From positions 1 through 64,000 of the forward strand of contig CAXXFK010000012.1 of the NCBI GenBank assembly GCA_963663965.2: a DNA stretch of 64,000 nt, written 5' to 3'. Below are positions 10,062 through 21,001 of this stretch, piece after piece. Below the pieces are notes generated by a model, which was not told where the DNA came from, did not search any database, and saw nothing but the letters and a program-made list of their open reading frames with translations. The translations under genes and the position numbers were made by a program. Source of the stretch: Sedimentisphaerales bacterium. Its GTDB lineage: Bacteria; Planctomycetota; Phycisphaerae; Sedimentisphaerales; SM23-30. Each line of letters begins with the position of its first letter. Within the stretch, counting starts at the first letter, position 1.

Positions 10062-11420
10062 TTAATTAATCCCCAAACGCTTCATACGTTTATACAATCC
10101 TGCACGGGTCAGGCCAAGCTGCCGTGCGGCCCGTGCCTTATTACCTGCGGCTTGTTCCAAGGCCTCAATCAGTTCCTGCCTTTCATCCTGTGGATGAGTA
10201 TCTGATTTTTTCGGAGCTTCCAGTCTGGCTGTCATTTGACCCCCGGTAATCTCGACTGGCAACGCCTCCAGTTCAATCGCGTTTTTATCACGACCGGTCA
10301 CCACAAAGGCATGTTCTATGGCATGTTCCAGTTCCCGCACATTACCCGGCCACTGGTAACGCTCCATAAACGCCATGGCCTCAGGAACGCATCGCTCGAT
10401 CTGCTTTTTATACTTCAGATTGAATTTATTGATGAAACTGGCAACCAATTCATCAATATCCCCTTTACGTTCACGCAAGGCCGGCACCTGGATACTGACC
10501 ACCCGCAACCGGTAATATAAATCCTCACGAAACGTCCCCTCCCGCACCATCTCCTGCAAATTCCGGTTGGTTGCGGCTATAATCCGGACATCCACTTTTC
10601 TGGGCCGGGTATCGCCCACCCGGGTAATTTCCCCTTCCTGCAGGGCACGCAATAACTTGACTTGAGACAACAGCGACAACTCACCAATTTCATCCAGAAA
10701 CAATGTCCCGCCGGTTGCCGCCTCAAAACATCCCACCCGGTCACTCACAGCGCCGGTGAAAGCCCCTTTGACATGACCGAACAATTCCGCTTCCAGTAAT
10801 CCTTCAGGCAACGCCCCGCAATTAACCGCCAGAAAGGTTTGTCTGGCGCGTTCACTTTCCTGATGGATAGTACGCGCGACCAGCTCTTTTCCCGTTCCAG
10901 TCTCCCCTTCAATCACAACGCTGGCGTCGCTCTCGGCCACCATCCGTATCAATCCAAAGAGATGTCGCATCTGCTCGGAACGCCCAATCAAATCTCCCAG
11001 GCCACCACTTTCAGCCAGCTGATGTTTAAGCCGTCTGATTTCGTTACGGGCGTTTTTGATCAAACTCACATTAACCAGCGCTTCGATCGCGCCGGCCACT
11101 TCGCCGGCGGCATCATAAACCAATCGGCTGCGTCGCATTACCGGAACCACACTGCCATCCTTACGCATAAGTTCACATTCGGATTCGCCAATACGGTCCC
11201 CTGTGGTAAATGGACACATCGATTCGTCCACTTCCTGACCACCGCATAACCGTTGATAGACGCCCGCGCAATTAGTCCCGATGACTTCATCAGCCAATAT
11301 CCCGGTTAATTCTTCCGCCGAACGATTCCAGAAAATGACTTGACGATTCCGATCGATGATAAACACCGAACAGGGAATCGTCTCAAGCAACGCCGCTTTG
11401 AAATGATCTTCTAAATCCAT
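10062..11420 (-). CDS. Sigma54-dependent transcriptional activator (PAS-AAA+-Fis HTH)
   Basis: [31 protein letters not shown]-terminal HTH. AAGGAGG RBS before ATG 11420. Confidence 0.95.
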   Translation of the reverse strand: MDLEDHFKAALLETIPCSVFIIDRNRQVIFWNRSAEELTGILADEVIGTNCAGVYQRLCGGQEVDESMCPFTTGDRIGESECELMRKDGSVVPVMRRSRLVYDAAGEVAGAIEALVNVSLIKNARNEIRRLKHQLAESGGLGDLIGRSEQMRHLFGLIRMVAESDASVVIEGETGTGKELVARTIHQESERARQTFLAVNCGALPEGLLEAELFGHVKGAFTGAVSDRVGCFEAATGGTLFLDEIGELSLLSQVKLLRALQEGEITRVGDTRPRKVDVRIIAATNRNLQEMVREGTFREDLYYRLRVVSIQVPALRERKGDIDELVASFINKFNLKYKKQIERCVPEAMAFMERYQWPGNVRELEHAIEHAFVVTGRDKNAIELEALPVEITGGQMTARLEAPKKSDTHPQDERQELIEALEQAAGNKARAARQLGLTRAGLYKRMKRLGIN

Positions 11421-11473
11421 AACACCATTCCCCCCTCCTTTGTCTATCGGCACATCGTCCTTGTACGATAGGA

Positions 11474-12475
11474 TCAGGGCAAAAATTCATCACCCGGTTC
11501 AGGCATCTGGGTACCGTCGTAATGGTTCGTCCCGCGAATGGTATAGATATCATCATTGGATACCGGCAGCAAGCGACTGTTTGCGAACTGTACACCTAAA
11601 TCCCTGCGTAAAATATTCTGACCGCGATTCTGATGGTTAGTTGAATTCATTTCCAGAAACTGCTTCGCAATTCGTGAAATGTCCAGCATATCCTGATCCG
11701 CCAGACGCATATCGTCAAAAATAGGATTACGGTCAGAGATAATCAGATCACTGGCGCCGCCGTCCAGCCGGTCATTATGTTGTATGATCCGCACACTGAA
11801 TCCCAATGGAAACCCTTTGGGCAGATCCTGTTGATTCCGCATTTGATCCGCAGATAAAGTCGGAAACCGGTCGCCCTCGCGACCGGGACAAACCAGAGAT
11901 ACCGGCTGAACATGACCGTTTTTCACCAGCAGGTAAACACAACGGGTAATGACGCCGCGACTCTGTTCACTGGGACCGGGCTGCCAGGGCTTCACCTGGG
12001 GTCCGGTCGCCACAAAGGGCATCATTCCATCGTAACCGGCCGCGTACGAGCCAATACCCTGGCCAATGGCCTGCATATTCGAAGCACACTGATATTGCTG
12101 CGCCATCTGACGGACTTGCTGCAAGCCGGGTTTGCTGACCAGAAACACCAGCATCATAACAGCTGCAGTAGCAATCAAGTCGCGCATATTACCCAGCACC
12201 CAGGCCCATCGGCTCTCCCGTTCTCCCTCGCGCGCTAACCAGGCGCGCGCCTCTTCCAGAACAATTGTATTCGTACGATTCTGCACATGCCCCACGGTCC
12301 GATCTGTCAGACCGGCTGGTACATCAATATCCTGCAGAACATCGAGCTTTGACAAAATCAATCGCAATTGATCACGCGCCACATCCACGCGTTCATTACC
12401 GGCGTCAGCGCGATCCTGAGAAGTGGTTTCACCTTCCAGAATTGCATCAATTATCTCTTTGAGTTCCTTATCCAT
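11474..12475 (-). CDS. Putative anti-sigma factor with DUF1559/pilin-head-like extracytoplasmic domain
   Basis: Directly follows an ECF sigma gene. N-terminal helical domain (VPAGLTDRT), one TM, then QCASNMQAIGQGIGSY...NHQNRGQNILRRD. Confidence 0.7.
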   Translation of the reverse strand: MDKELKEIIDAILEGETTSQDRADAGNERVDVARDQLRLILSKLDVLQDIDVPAGLTDRTVGHVQNRTNTIVLEEARAWLAREGERESRWAWVLGNMRDLIATAAVMMLVFLVSKPGLQQVRQMAQQYQCASNMQAIGQGIGSYAAGYDGMMPFVATGPQVKPWQPGPSEQSRGVITRCVYLLVKNGHVQPVSLVCPGREGDRFPTLSADQMRNQQDLPKGFPLGFSVRIIQHNDRLDGGASDLIISDRNPIFDDMRLADQDMLDISRIAKQFLEMNSTNHQNRGQNILRRDLGVQFANSRLLPVSNDDIYTIRGTNHYDGTQMPEPGDEFLP

Positions 12476-12547
12476 AACGATATCTCCGCCATGGGCGGCA
12501 TAAAATTAAAACAGATTCATAACGTCGCTGGAATTTCCAGTCAGGTA

Positions 12548-13129
12548 TCATTTATTCGCTTTTTGATATAATCGGGCAAAAGCCGCTACTGCCGCGTGCA
12601 ACCTGGATTTAACTGTCCCTAACGGCACATCCAGTACTTCGGCGATTTCCTTATACGGCAACTGTTTAAAATAAGCTAGCATCAAAATCTCGCGCAAATT
12701 CTCCGGCATTTGAGCCACCACCTCTCTCACTATCTCAATTTCCTGATTACGGTCAAACAAGGTCGATGGCGTTTCATTATCCTGCAACAAAATTGACCAC
12801 AGATCAATCTGGTCGTCATCGTCACTTTCAATGGCCGATACATTAACCGTCGGACGCCTCGCCTGACTCCTCATAAAGTCACGGGCCTTATTTGAGGCAA
12901 TCGTATAAAGCCAGGGCCGAAAAGAGCGCGAAATATCGAAAGTGCCCGCTGATAGATGTACTTGCAAAAACGTATCCTGAAATACATCCTCAGCCCAGGC
13001 CGGATTGCCCAGAAACCGGACCAGATAACGGTAAATATCCTTTTCATAACGCTTTACCAGTTTCCTGAACGCGTTTTCATCTCCGGCTCTGAATTGCTCT
13101 ACGAGTTGTTCGTCACTAATTGTCTGCAA
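12548..13129 (-). CDS. ECF RNA polymerase sigma factor
   Basis: AEDVFQDTF, FRPWLYTIASN, YKEIAEVLDVPLGTVKSRLH. Confidence 0.95.
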   Translation of the reverse strand: MQTISDEQLVEQFRAGDENAFRKLVKRYEKDIYRYLVRFLGNPAWAEDVFQDTFLQVHLSAGTFDISRSFRPWLYTIASNKARDFMRSQARRPTVNVSAIESDDDDQIDLWSILLQDNETPSTLFDRNQEIEIVREVVAQMPENLREILMLAYFKQLPYKEIAEVLDVPLGTVKSRLHAAVAAFARLYQKANK

Positions 13130-13162
13130 TTGGTACGTTTACCCCTGGATGTGGGTTCAAAT

Positions 13163-14206
13163 TTACTGGTTTATTTTTTCGAGTTCTTTCTTAATTTTAC
13201 CTGCCTCAGATTCAGGATCTTCCGCCGCAATCACCGCCTGACAGACAGCCACTGCCGATGCTCCGGCTTCGATAGCCAGGCGGGCATTCTCCGGCACAAT
13301 CCCTCCAATCGCTACCATTGGCATATCTGTTAATTTCCTTACAGAGGCAATGAAATCCAGCCCAACGGTTTCAACATCCGGTTTGGTTGGGCTGCCAAAG
13401 ATCGCTCCTAACGCTAAATAATCGGCTTTCTGTTCGATAACCCTTTGAGCTTCCACAACATTATGTGTACTTCCACCTAAAATCATATTAGGGCCGCCCA
13501 GTCCTCTCGCCTGATGAATCGGCAGATCTCCCTGCCCCAGATGAACCCCATCTGCCCCTGCCAATAGTGCGATATCAATCCGGTCATTCATAATAAATAA
13601 CCCTCCGGCATCGTGACAAAGCTGACTGATCTCAGACGCCCTGTCCAGCAATTCAACATCCGACAATCCCTTCTCCCGCATCTGGATCGCATCCGCACCA
13701 CCAGCCAATACTCTTTTGACAGTTTCCCGCCAGGACAACCGGCATAAAGCCTCAGTTACCAGAACATATAACCGGATCCGCTGAAATTTCCCTACTCGAT
13801 TTATACGGGTAACCAGACACTGCTCCAGGGTATAACCCGTATAGCGTATCCGTTCAACCCCTCCGGCCAGACTGGATTCCTCCACTTTGAAGGCCTCTTC
13901 AATACACCTCAAGGCCTCGCTCAACCGCTTTCCAGCTGCAATAACTACATCACAAAGGCTTTTTCGGCACATTTCCGCTTGAGTGCTTATACCGGTACCG
14001 ATATCTCCTTCCGTATCTCGTGCTCCCAACAATTCCAGGATTCCAACCTTCGACAGCGCCGTGGACAAATCATGACGCATCTGTTTTAACCGGCCGCTCA
14101 ATTCACCATCATTCAACACGAACCGGGCGCTATCTTCCATCACCCGCAACGCTTCCCGGGCTCGATTAAAATTGGCATCCAGCAATCTCAAGATAGTTCT
14201 ATCCAT
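13163..14206 (-). CDS. thiE: Thiamine-phosphate synthase, long form with N-terminal helical domain
   Basis: RLLDANFNRAREALRVMED N-domain; QMREK, NDRID, GVHLGQGD, VAIGGI. Confidence 0.93.
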   Translation of the reverse strand: MDRTILRLLDANFNRAREALRVMEDSARFVLNDGELSGRLKQMRHDLSTALSKVGILELLGARDTEGDIGTGISTQAEMCRKSLCDVVIAAGKRLSEALRCIEEAFKVEESSLAGGVERIRYTGYTLEQCLVTRINRVGKFQRIRLYVLVTEALCRLSWRETVKRVLAGGADAIQMREKGLSDVELLDRASEISQLCHDAGGLFIMNDRIDIALLAGADGVHLGQGDLPIHQARGLGGPNMILGGSTHNVVEAQRVIEQKADYLALGAIFGSPTKPDVETVGLDFIASVRKLTDMPMVAIGGIVPENARLAIEAGASAVAVCQAVIAAEDPESEAGKIKKELEKINQ

Positions 14207-14423
14207 GTCCAGATTATAATACCCACCCTTATCTTTGCAAGCTATCTCCAGATAAACCGTTCCAATTTAATCTGTTACATATTACCCCCTCTCCAGCATC
14301 TCCTCTTGCGACTTCTTATTATACACAATGAATTTTATTTTGTAGACAATCAAAAAACAATGACTATGGGCCGCCCAATTGCTCCTTTGACACCATAAAT
14401 TAACTTTGCTAAAATATTTCGAA

Positions 14424-15299
14424 ATGAATAATCCAGACTCATCCAAACGACGCCTGCCCACCTGGCTCAAACGCCCCATGCCCAAAGGCGAAGCCTTTAG
14501 TCACGTTATTTCAATTCTCAAAGAAAAAAAACTCAACACGGTCTGCGCCAGCGCGGCCTGTCCCAATCAGGGCGAATGCTATTCCTGTGGCACCGCCACT
14601 TTCATGATCATGGGCGACACTTGCAGCCGGAATTGCGCCTTTTGTAATGTCAACCATGGTAACTTGCCACCCTTGGCCGAAGATGAACCCCAACGTCTTG
14701 CTGAAGCAGTAGTTGCCCTTAGCCTTAAACATGTCGTAGTTACCTCAGTTACCAGGGACGACCTCCCTGATGGCGGGGCCGCCCATTTTGCCCGAACAAT
14801 ATCCGCAGTCCGTAACGCAGCGCCTCAAGTGACGATTGAAGTGCTCACCCCGGACTTTCAAGGCCATACCCGCGATCTGGATATCGTTGCTGTCGCCGGC
14901 CCGGATGTCTTCAATCACAATATTGAAACAACCCGTCGGCTCACTCCTGAAATCCGCAGTGGAGCGGACTATGATCGATCACTGGCTGTACTCAATTACA
15001 TGGCCAATCATCAGGTAACCATGACCATTAAAAGCGGATTTATGCTGGGCCTGGGCGAGTGGGATTCGGAAATCGATGAAATGATCACTGATCTGCATGC
15101 CGTAGGCGTTCAAATGCTCACGATTGGACAATACCTCCGACCCAATACTTCTAATCGTGAAGTCCAGAAGTTTTATACCCCCGAAGAATTTCAGGCCATC
15201 GAAGCCCGCGCCCGTCAATACCCATTCAAACATGTCGCCGCCGGGCCGTTCGTACGTAGCAGCTATCACGCCGAACTTAGTCTTAAATCGCATCTTTAA
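14424..15299 (+). CDS. lipA: Lipoyl synthase
   Basis: CASAACPNQGEC and CSRNCAFC cluster motifs, C-terminal VRSSYHA. Confidence 0.97.
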   Translation: MNNPDSSKRRLPTWLKRPMPKGEAFSHVISILKEKKLNTVCASAACPNQGECYSCGTATFMIMGDTCSRNCAFCNVNHGNLPPLAEDEPQRLAEAVVALSLKHVVVTSVTRDDLPDGGAAHFARTISAVRNAAPQVTIEVLTPDFQGHTRDLDIVAVAGPDVFNHNIETTRRLTPEIRSGADYDRSLAVLNYMANHQVTMTIKSGFMLGLGEWDSEIDEMITDLHAVGVQMLTIGQYLRPNTSNREVQKFYTPEEFQAIEARARQYPFKHVAAGPFVRSSYHAELSLKSHL

Positions 15300-15360
15300 T
15301 TAATTCTCCCTGATTCAGAAAACCAGGATTTCGAATCTCAATCCGCAAATAAAAATCATT

Positions 15361-16110
15361 ATGCCGCTTCGACTTATTATCCATCCTCCCACTCCCGGCG
15401 CTGACAATATGGCAATTGATGAAGCCATTCTCACAACCGTCAACGACGGCAAGGCGCCGGCAACCCTTCGATTCTATCAATGGTCGCAACCCACGATTTC
15501 CCTGGGATACTTTCAGAAATTCGAAGAATTTACCTCTCAGGATCCCACCATCGCGAATCTGCCGGTTGTTCGGCGTCAGACCGGTGGTGGCGCCATCCTC
15601 CACGATGACGAACTCACCTACTCTCTTATCATTCCGCTTGATGGATCGGCGCCAGTAACTGATATCGAGCCGCTATATCAACTGGTCCACGATGCCGTGA
15701 TCGCCACCCTCGCCGATTATGGCGTCAATATTACTTACCGTGGCGGCGATGACCGCGGTAACGCCCAGCGCGGCCCGTTCTTCTGCTTCGCCCGCACCCA
15801 TCGCCTCGATCTGGTCGCCGGCCAACTGAAAATCCTCGGCAGCGCCCAGCGCCGCGTCAAAAACGCCGTCTTACAACACGGTTCCCTCATCCTCAAACGC
15901 CATTTCACCCAACAGGAATCCGCCGAACTGCTCACTCTTGTGCCTGAAAATTTTACATTGCCAGACTTCATTAACCAAACCGCATCCCGTATCGCAAAGG
16001 CTCAACATCTTAACATCACCTTACTGTCACTCCCCCCCTCTGAATGCGATCTGGCCCATGATATTCAATCAAGACGCTATAACAAAGACAATTGGAATCA
16101 ACTTCGATAA
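15361..16110 (+). CDS. Lipoate-protein ligase family / LipM-like octanoyltransferase
   Basis: NMAIDEAIL, LRFYQW, RRQTGGGAILH, KILGSAQRR, LQHGS. Adjacent to lipA. Confidence 0.88.
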   Translation: MPLRLIIHPPTPGADNMAIDEAILTTVNDGKAPATLRFYQWSQPTISLGYFQKFEEFTSQDPTIANLPVVRRQTGGGAILHDDELTYSLIIPLDGSAPVTDIEPLYQLVHDAVIATLADYGVNITYRGGDDRGNAQRGPFFCFARTHRLDLVAGQLKILGSAQRRVKNAVLQHGSLILKRHFTQQESAELLTLVPENFTLPDFINQTASRIAKAQHLNITLLSLPPSECDLAHDIQSRRYNKDNWNQLR

Positions 16111-16140
16111 TTTCTCAATTTGTCTTTGTGCATAGAAAAT

Positions 16141-16170
16141 ACCCATAACAATATGCGCATAGTTATGGGT
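16141..16170. terminator. Hairpin between convergent genes
   Basis: ACCCATAAC/GTTATGGGT perfect 9-bp inverted repeat. Confidence 0.55.
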
Positions 16171-16204
16171 TAATAGTATGATAAATAGATTGTGTTCAGA
16201 TAGC

Positions 16205-17881
16205 TTAAATTTTAAATTGCCCCACAAGCATTTCCAATTCCCCCGCCAGATGACTTAACTGTTCTCCGGCAATTTGGGTTTGATTGGCGCCTTGTGCAGC
16301 CTGTTTGACATTGGTATCCACTCCGGCCATTTTATGGGTTATTTCCTGACTGACCTGAGATGTCTGCCCGATACTATTAGAAACTACCTCCGCGGCAGAG
16401 GCGGCTTGTGAGATGCTGGCTGAAATCTCACGTGTGGTGATGCTCTGTTCTTCTACAGCAGAAGCAATCGTGCGGGATACTTCATTTACTCGGTGAATAA
16501 CCTCACCGATTTTCACAAGAGATTCCACCGATTCACCTGCCGAAACCTGAATTCCCAGAATACGTTTGCTGATATCTTCAGCAGCCTCAGCAGTTTGGCG
16601 GGCCAGTTCCTTTACTTCAGATGCCACCACAGCAAAACCTTTACCCGCTTCTCCGGCGCGCGCGGCTTCAATGGTCGCGTTGAGTGCCAGCAAATTGGTC
16701 TGTTCGGCGATATCCTGAATCACCTCTATAACTTTTCCGATTGCATCCGCGGCCTCACTGAGCATTCCCATTTTCTCGTCACTGGTCTTGGCTAACTCTG
16801 AAGCGCCATTGGCAATATTAGCAGCATTTTCAGCATTGCTGGCTACTTCCGTAATTGTCGTTGTCATCTCTTCAATAGCGGCAGCTACCGTTTTTACATT
16901 CTGGGACATCTGATTGGTTGAAGCAGCCATCTCACTCATGCTATTCGACATATCCTGAGCCGATGTGGCTACTGAAGAGGACTGGCTGGTCATCTCATCG
17001 GTTCCTTGTGCCATTTGAAAAGACGTTTTAGATAAATCATTGGCAGAACCGGCCAGTGTTTGGGCGGTGACGGAAATCTGTCGGATCACCCCTTGTAATT
17101 TATCCAGAAAGATATTAAACCATAAGGCCAGTTCTCCAATTTCATCCTTGCTTCTCGACCGCAATCGCCGGGTTAGATCGCCTTCACCCTGAGCAATATC
17201 CTTGAACATGGCTACTGTTTCTTTCAAAGGCTGACTGACACCTCGGGCAACAATGATATATACTACGAGGCCTGCGGTACCTAGCATAACAAAGAAAATA
17301 GCCAGATCGGCATAACGCTGTTTACGGGTACCGGCGCTGACCTCACTTAACATATTTCTCAATTGAGTCGCATAGTGTTCCGTCTGGCTTTCCAGCTCTG
17401 TTCGAATGGTTTCAGTTTGTTGCGCCAGCTGCGCCATTTGATCTTCGATCGATACCGACTTATCATTACTCTCGGAATCTTCACCAAGCGCCATAGAACG
17501 ATAAACTCGTCCCGCCTGCCCGGTAAACTGCTCAACCGCCTCCCGGATCGCCTGCACGGCATCTCGTTGTACGGGTTTTAAGTCAGGCAATGTGTTGATA
17601 TTGTCCAGTGCCCGCATGACATCATTATATTTGTCTTTCGCTTCATCCAGATAACTCTCTTCTCCGATAATGACAGCGTCGCTATACAATTTAATCTGAT
17701 TATTAAAAGCGTAAAATGCCGACTTACTTTCACGGGCTGCGGGATAAATAGTCTCTGATACTACCATCAATTGTTTCTCATTCTGGCCGCCACGCACAAA
17801 TCCGAGAATAATCGAAAAACTATAACCGGCAACAAGGATTGCTATACTTAACCAGATCTTTTGACTGACAGTAAATTTCAT
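16205..17881 (-). CDS. Methyl-accepting chemotaxis protein (TM-helical sensor-TM-HAMP-MA)
   Basis: [48 protein letters not shown]...DEIGELA. Confidence 0.97.
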   Translation of the reverse strand: MKFTVSQKIWLSIAILVAGYSFSIILGFVRGGQNEKQLMVVSETIYPAARESKSAFYAFNNQIKLYSDAVIIGEESYLDEAKDKYNDVMRALDNINTLPDLKPVQRDAVQAIREAVEQFTGQAGRVYRSMALGEDSESNDKSVSIEDQMAQLAQQTETIRTELESQTEHYATQLRNMLSEVSAGTRKQRYADLAIFFVMLGTAGLVVYIIVARGVSQPLKETVAMFKDIAQGEGDLTRRLRSRSKDEIGELALWFNIFLDKLQGVIRQISVTAQTLAGSANDLSKTSFQMAQGTDEMTSQSSSVATSAQDMSNSMSEMAASTNQMSQNVKTVAAAIEEMTTTITEVASNAENAANIANGASELAKTSDEKMGMLSEAADAIGKVIEVIQDIAEQTNLLALNATIEAARAGEAGKGFAVVASEVKELARQTAEAAEDISKRILGIQVSAGESVESLVKIGEVIHRVNEVSRTIASAVEEQSITTREISASISQAASAAEVVSNSIGQTSQVSQEITHKMAGVDTNVKQAAQGANQTQIAGEQLSHLAGELEMLVGQFKI

Positions 17882-17901
17882 ATGACCCCTCGTATACTAG
17901 C

Positions 17902-19272
17902 TTAAAAACTATATGTTACTTTGGCCGCGAAAACATACCAGCTATCTTCCTGATTGCTTTCATTGATACTTGAATTGTGATAGATACCTGTGCCATCAAT
18001 GTATTGAGTCTCGATTTTAAACATTAAATTATCCGTTAGGTCAAAGCGTGAATAAATCGAGTAATTATCAACACCATCACCGCTGCTTTCCTTGGCATAA
18101 CAATAATAAGTACCGCTTTCCAGCCAGTCGGTAAATCGATAGGCCGCATTGAAATAATAGCTCTCTAGCGTATATCGGCTTCTACGTAAGGTTACCACTC
18201 CCAGCAGCGGAACTTCGTCCGTTTCAATATCCATATCTGTCCGAATTCTCATATATTCTGATGACAACACTAGATCGCCCAGGGTATATTCCGCAGAGGC
18301 TACCCAGGCTTTCAGATTTCCCAGGCTGGATGACACCCCCGTTCCCGAAGGAATCGCTACTCCGGGTGCTACCGGAATATCACTATCCAAATTGCTGCTG
18401 ACACTCAGCTTCGAATTGACACTGGAAACTCCCAGTCTCAGGCCGTCAAGGGGCGTGTTCCAGACAATGGATCCCATATAAGCATATTTATCTGAAATGT
18501 CATTAACACTGCCGATACCTAAACCTTGCAGTTGTGACGCCAGACCCCCATCCTCATCAATGCCAATCGAGCCTCCCTGGGCGCTATAAGATATATCACC
18601 AAACATATCCATCGGAATATTTCCATAAACACCTCCACCCGATACATTCGATAACGCATCCCGGAAGAACTCATTATAAACACCTTGGGGTAAAAATATA
18701 CTGGAACGCAACAAATCGATATCACGCGTCTCATTATAAAAGCCAAACGGAGTACGGAGAATACCTGCCCGGAATCCCAGCCAGTCCTGCCAGCGGTAAT
18801 CGCCATACGCCCAGTCAACATAGACTTTATTATTACCAGTATCACCATAATCCCTGGAAAACAATTGTACCCCGGCTCGTAAACGGTCGGTTAGCTGAGT
18901 GGACAGATTGATGGCTAATTCATTAAATGCGAAACTGCCATCGCGGGAATCCTCAATCCAGTTATTACCGGTAGAGTGAATATACCCTTGCGAGATAAAT
19001 CCATGAATATCAATCTTCCCGAACGGGTCGTCATCGCTTGAGGTTTGTTCGGCCACTTCATCTTCAATCATCTCCCGGATCGCATCATAATCTTTTCGAG
19101 GAGTGCCCTGTTTCAACTCTGAGACTTCCTGCTGAAGGATCTTGATCTCCTGCGATTGTTTTTTAACCAGTTCCAGAAGTTCTTGATTGGTTAGATCCTG
19201 AGCTTGCATTTGAGAAGCAAACGCAATAATGACCAGAATGGAAACGATTCGACTGACTAAATTAATATTCAT
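17902..19272 (-). CDS. Outer-membrane beta-barrel (porin-like) with N-terminal coiled coil
   Basis: Signal peptide, coiled coil, IHGFISQG, VDWAYGDY, amphipathic strands, terminal YSF. Confidence 0.82.
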   Translation of the reverse strand: MNINLVSRIVSILVIIAFASQMQAQDLTNQELLELVKKQSQEIKILQQEVSELKQGTPRKDYDAIREMIEDEVAEQTSSDDDPFGKIDIHGFISQGYIHSTGNNWIEDSRDGSFAFNELAINLSTQLTDRLRAGVQLFSRDYGDTGNNKVYVDWAYGDYRWQDWLGFRAGILRTPFGFYNETRDIDLLRSSIFLPQGVYNEFFRDALSNVSGGGVYGNIPMDMFGDISYSAQGGSIGIDEDGGLASQLQGLGIGSVNDISDKYAYMGSIVWNTPLDGLRLGVSSVNSKLSVSSNLDSDIPVAPGVAIPSGTGVSSSLGNLKAWVASAEYTLGDLVLSSEYMRIRTDMDIETDEVPLLGVVTLRRSRYTLESYYFNAAYRFTDWLESGTYYCYAKESSGDGVDNYSIYSRFDLTDNLMFKIETQYIDGTGIYHNSSINESNQEDSWYVFAAKVTYSF

Positions 19273-19336
19273 ATATGCTCTCCTTGATAAATTCAATGAT
19301 CAAAAAATAATATTTTAATGTTTATTATTTCGATAT

Positions 19337-19798
19337 TCATTTCGTTTCGATTGTCTTGACCTTATCCTTATTTTCCTCTAATGTTGCTTTGCTGACATAC
19401 CCGATGGCTCCCTTTGTCTTGGCGACATAATCCAGCAGATCTTTCTCTTTTTTATAGGAATCGGGCATTTTACCCTTACCGGTAAATACCTGTTTCTTCC
19501 AATAGGAATCAAATTGAGATTTGGTTTTCCCTACATAATCTTTCAAAAAAGCTTCATGAACATCACCACTGTCGAGAATGACAAAAATAATTCCTTCGTT
19601 ATCGGACCACTTCGTCTTCTTGCCCAGAAAGATATTCTCAATATCATCCTTCTTCAACGTACCATCTTTCGCATCTTTATGCGCTATCACGACTACGTCT
19701 ACTTTTTCCGCCGCCTTCAAAAGCGATCCAATAATAGGCAAAATGATGATTACCGCAAAAATCCAATAAATGAGCTTTTGATTATTTTGATTTTTCAT
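19337..19798 (-). CDS. Small exported type-II periplasmic-binding-fold protein (PstS-like single domain)
   Basis: Signal peptide, VVVIAH, IFLGKKTKW, YWKKQVFTGKG, GAIGYV. Confidence 0.8.
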   Translation of the reverse strand: MKNQNNQKLIYWIFAVIIILPIIGSLLKAAEKVDVVVIAHKDAKDGTLKKDDIENIFLGKKTKWSDNEGIIFVILDSGDVHEAFLKDYVGKTKSQFDSYWKKQVFTGKGKMPDSYKKEKDLLDYVAKTKGAIGYVSKATLEENKDKVKTIETK

Positions 19799-19877
19799 TT
19801 CATTTATCTCCTTATGCCAGCACTTTTCAAAGTACATATGTTCAAGAAAAATTGGTTATCAGATGAATCTTAAGGCA

Positions 19878-19904
19878 TTATCGAATCGAACTGAATCTCT
19901 CTTA
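19878..19904 (-). promoter_or_regulatory. Candidate sigma28 (FliA)-type promoter
   Basis: TAAG-N15-TTCGATAA versus consensus TAAA-N15-GCCGATAA, upstream of an MCP-containing operon. Confidence 0.35.
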
Positions 19905-20318
19905 ATTGCGAAAGATCTAAAATCTCGAACTGGCAATGCACTAACCCCAATATTATACCCATTATTGTATGGCTTTTTTTATATTAATACCTGTTTTGAT
20001 AAATTAATATATGAACTCTATAAGTATATATGTTGAAAATCCTCCTGTTTGATATGATCAGTAACCAATTTCAATTGGGAATATGAATTGAAAGATATCG
20101 GACATTAAAAACCACATAATTATTCCCGCATATACTTGATTTGTTTCCTGATCAGACAGAAACATTATATAAATCACGCTTTGCAAATTTCAATCCATCC
20201 ACTATAACTAAGAGCCTTAACAATGGAGTTTGTAGCATGCTGAATCCATTGGGGATGCTTCAATTGCATTAGAATGTTCCTGGACTGTTGACAATGACTT
20301 ACATAAACATAATTAGCT

Positions 20319-20966
20319 ATGAATAAGATGGTTACGACCCTATATTCCAAATATTTTCTTGTTCTGCACTGTCTGCTGGCTATCATATTAATTATTACAT
20401 TTTCTGGCTGCGGCCCCCTCTATCAGAATCTTATCGATCCGATCATTCCCAAAAAACCTGTTCCGGCAGAATACGATCTGACCGGTAAAACTGTTTTGGT
20501 ATGGGTTGATCTCAATAGCACCAACACCAGTCACGGCCAGATCCGCCGGATACTGACGGATTCCTTGATTCGTGAATTAATGGCCAATCACGCCATAGGC
20601 TCAGCCATTCCCTACCGCCAGATAACCCAACTCAGATTATCGCCGGAACTGGTGGATATGAATATTGATGACCTGGGTCGGCAACTTAAAGCGAACGAAG
20701 TACTTTATGTCTTAATTAACGAATTTAGCTTACATCCGGAATCCACAACCGATATCTTTGATAGCAGTCTTAACGGCTATTGCAAAGTGATTCGTTCCGA
20801 AGATGGCGAGCGAGTATGGCCCGGTGAATCATTGTACCGGACTTTTAAAATTAAAGGCCGTTTTACCACGGAAAACAATCCGGATTTGGAAAATCAGCTG
20901 ACCCAGGAACTTTGTGATAAAACCGCTTCCCAGCTTGCCATGTATTTCTATGAACATAAACCCTGA
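20319..20966 (+). CDS. Hypothetical lipoprotein
   Basis: Hydrophobic stretch ending in lipobox FSGC. The exact start is uncertain. Confidence 0.75.
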   Translation: MNKMVTTLYSKYFLVLHCLLAIILIITFSGCGPLYQNLIDPIIPKKPVPAEYDLTGKTVLVWVDLNSTNTSHGQIRRILTDSLIRELMANHAIGSAIPYRQITQLRLSPELVDMNIDDLGRQLKANEVLYVLINEFSLHPESTTDIFDSSLNGYCKVIRSEDGERVWPGESLYRTFKIKGRFTTENNPDLENQLTQELCDKTASQLAMYFYEHKP

Positions 20967-21001
20967 CCTGCCTGAAGAAAAAAATCAATAAAAAGACGGT
21001 T

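Noticed and set aside
10062..11420. A sigma54 -24/-12 target promoter for the activator
   Set aside because: No convincing TGGCAC-N5-TTGC found by eye in the intergenic regions.
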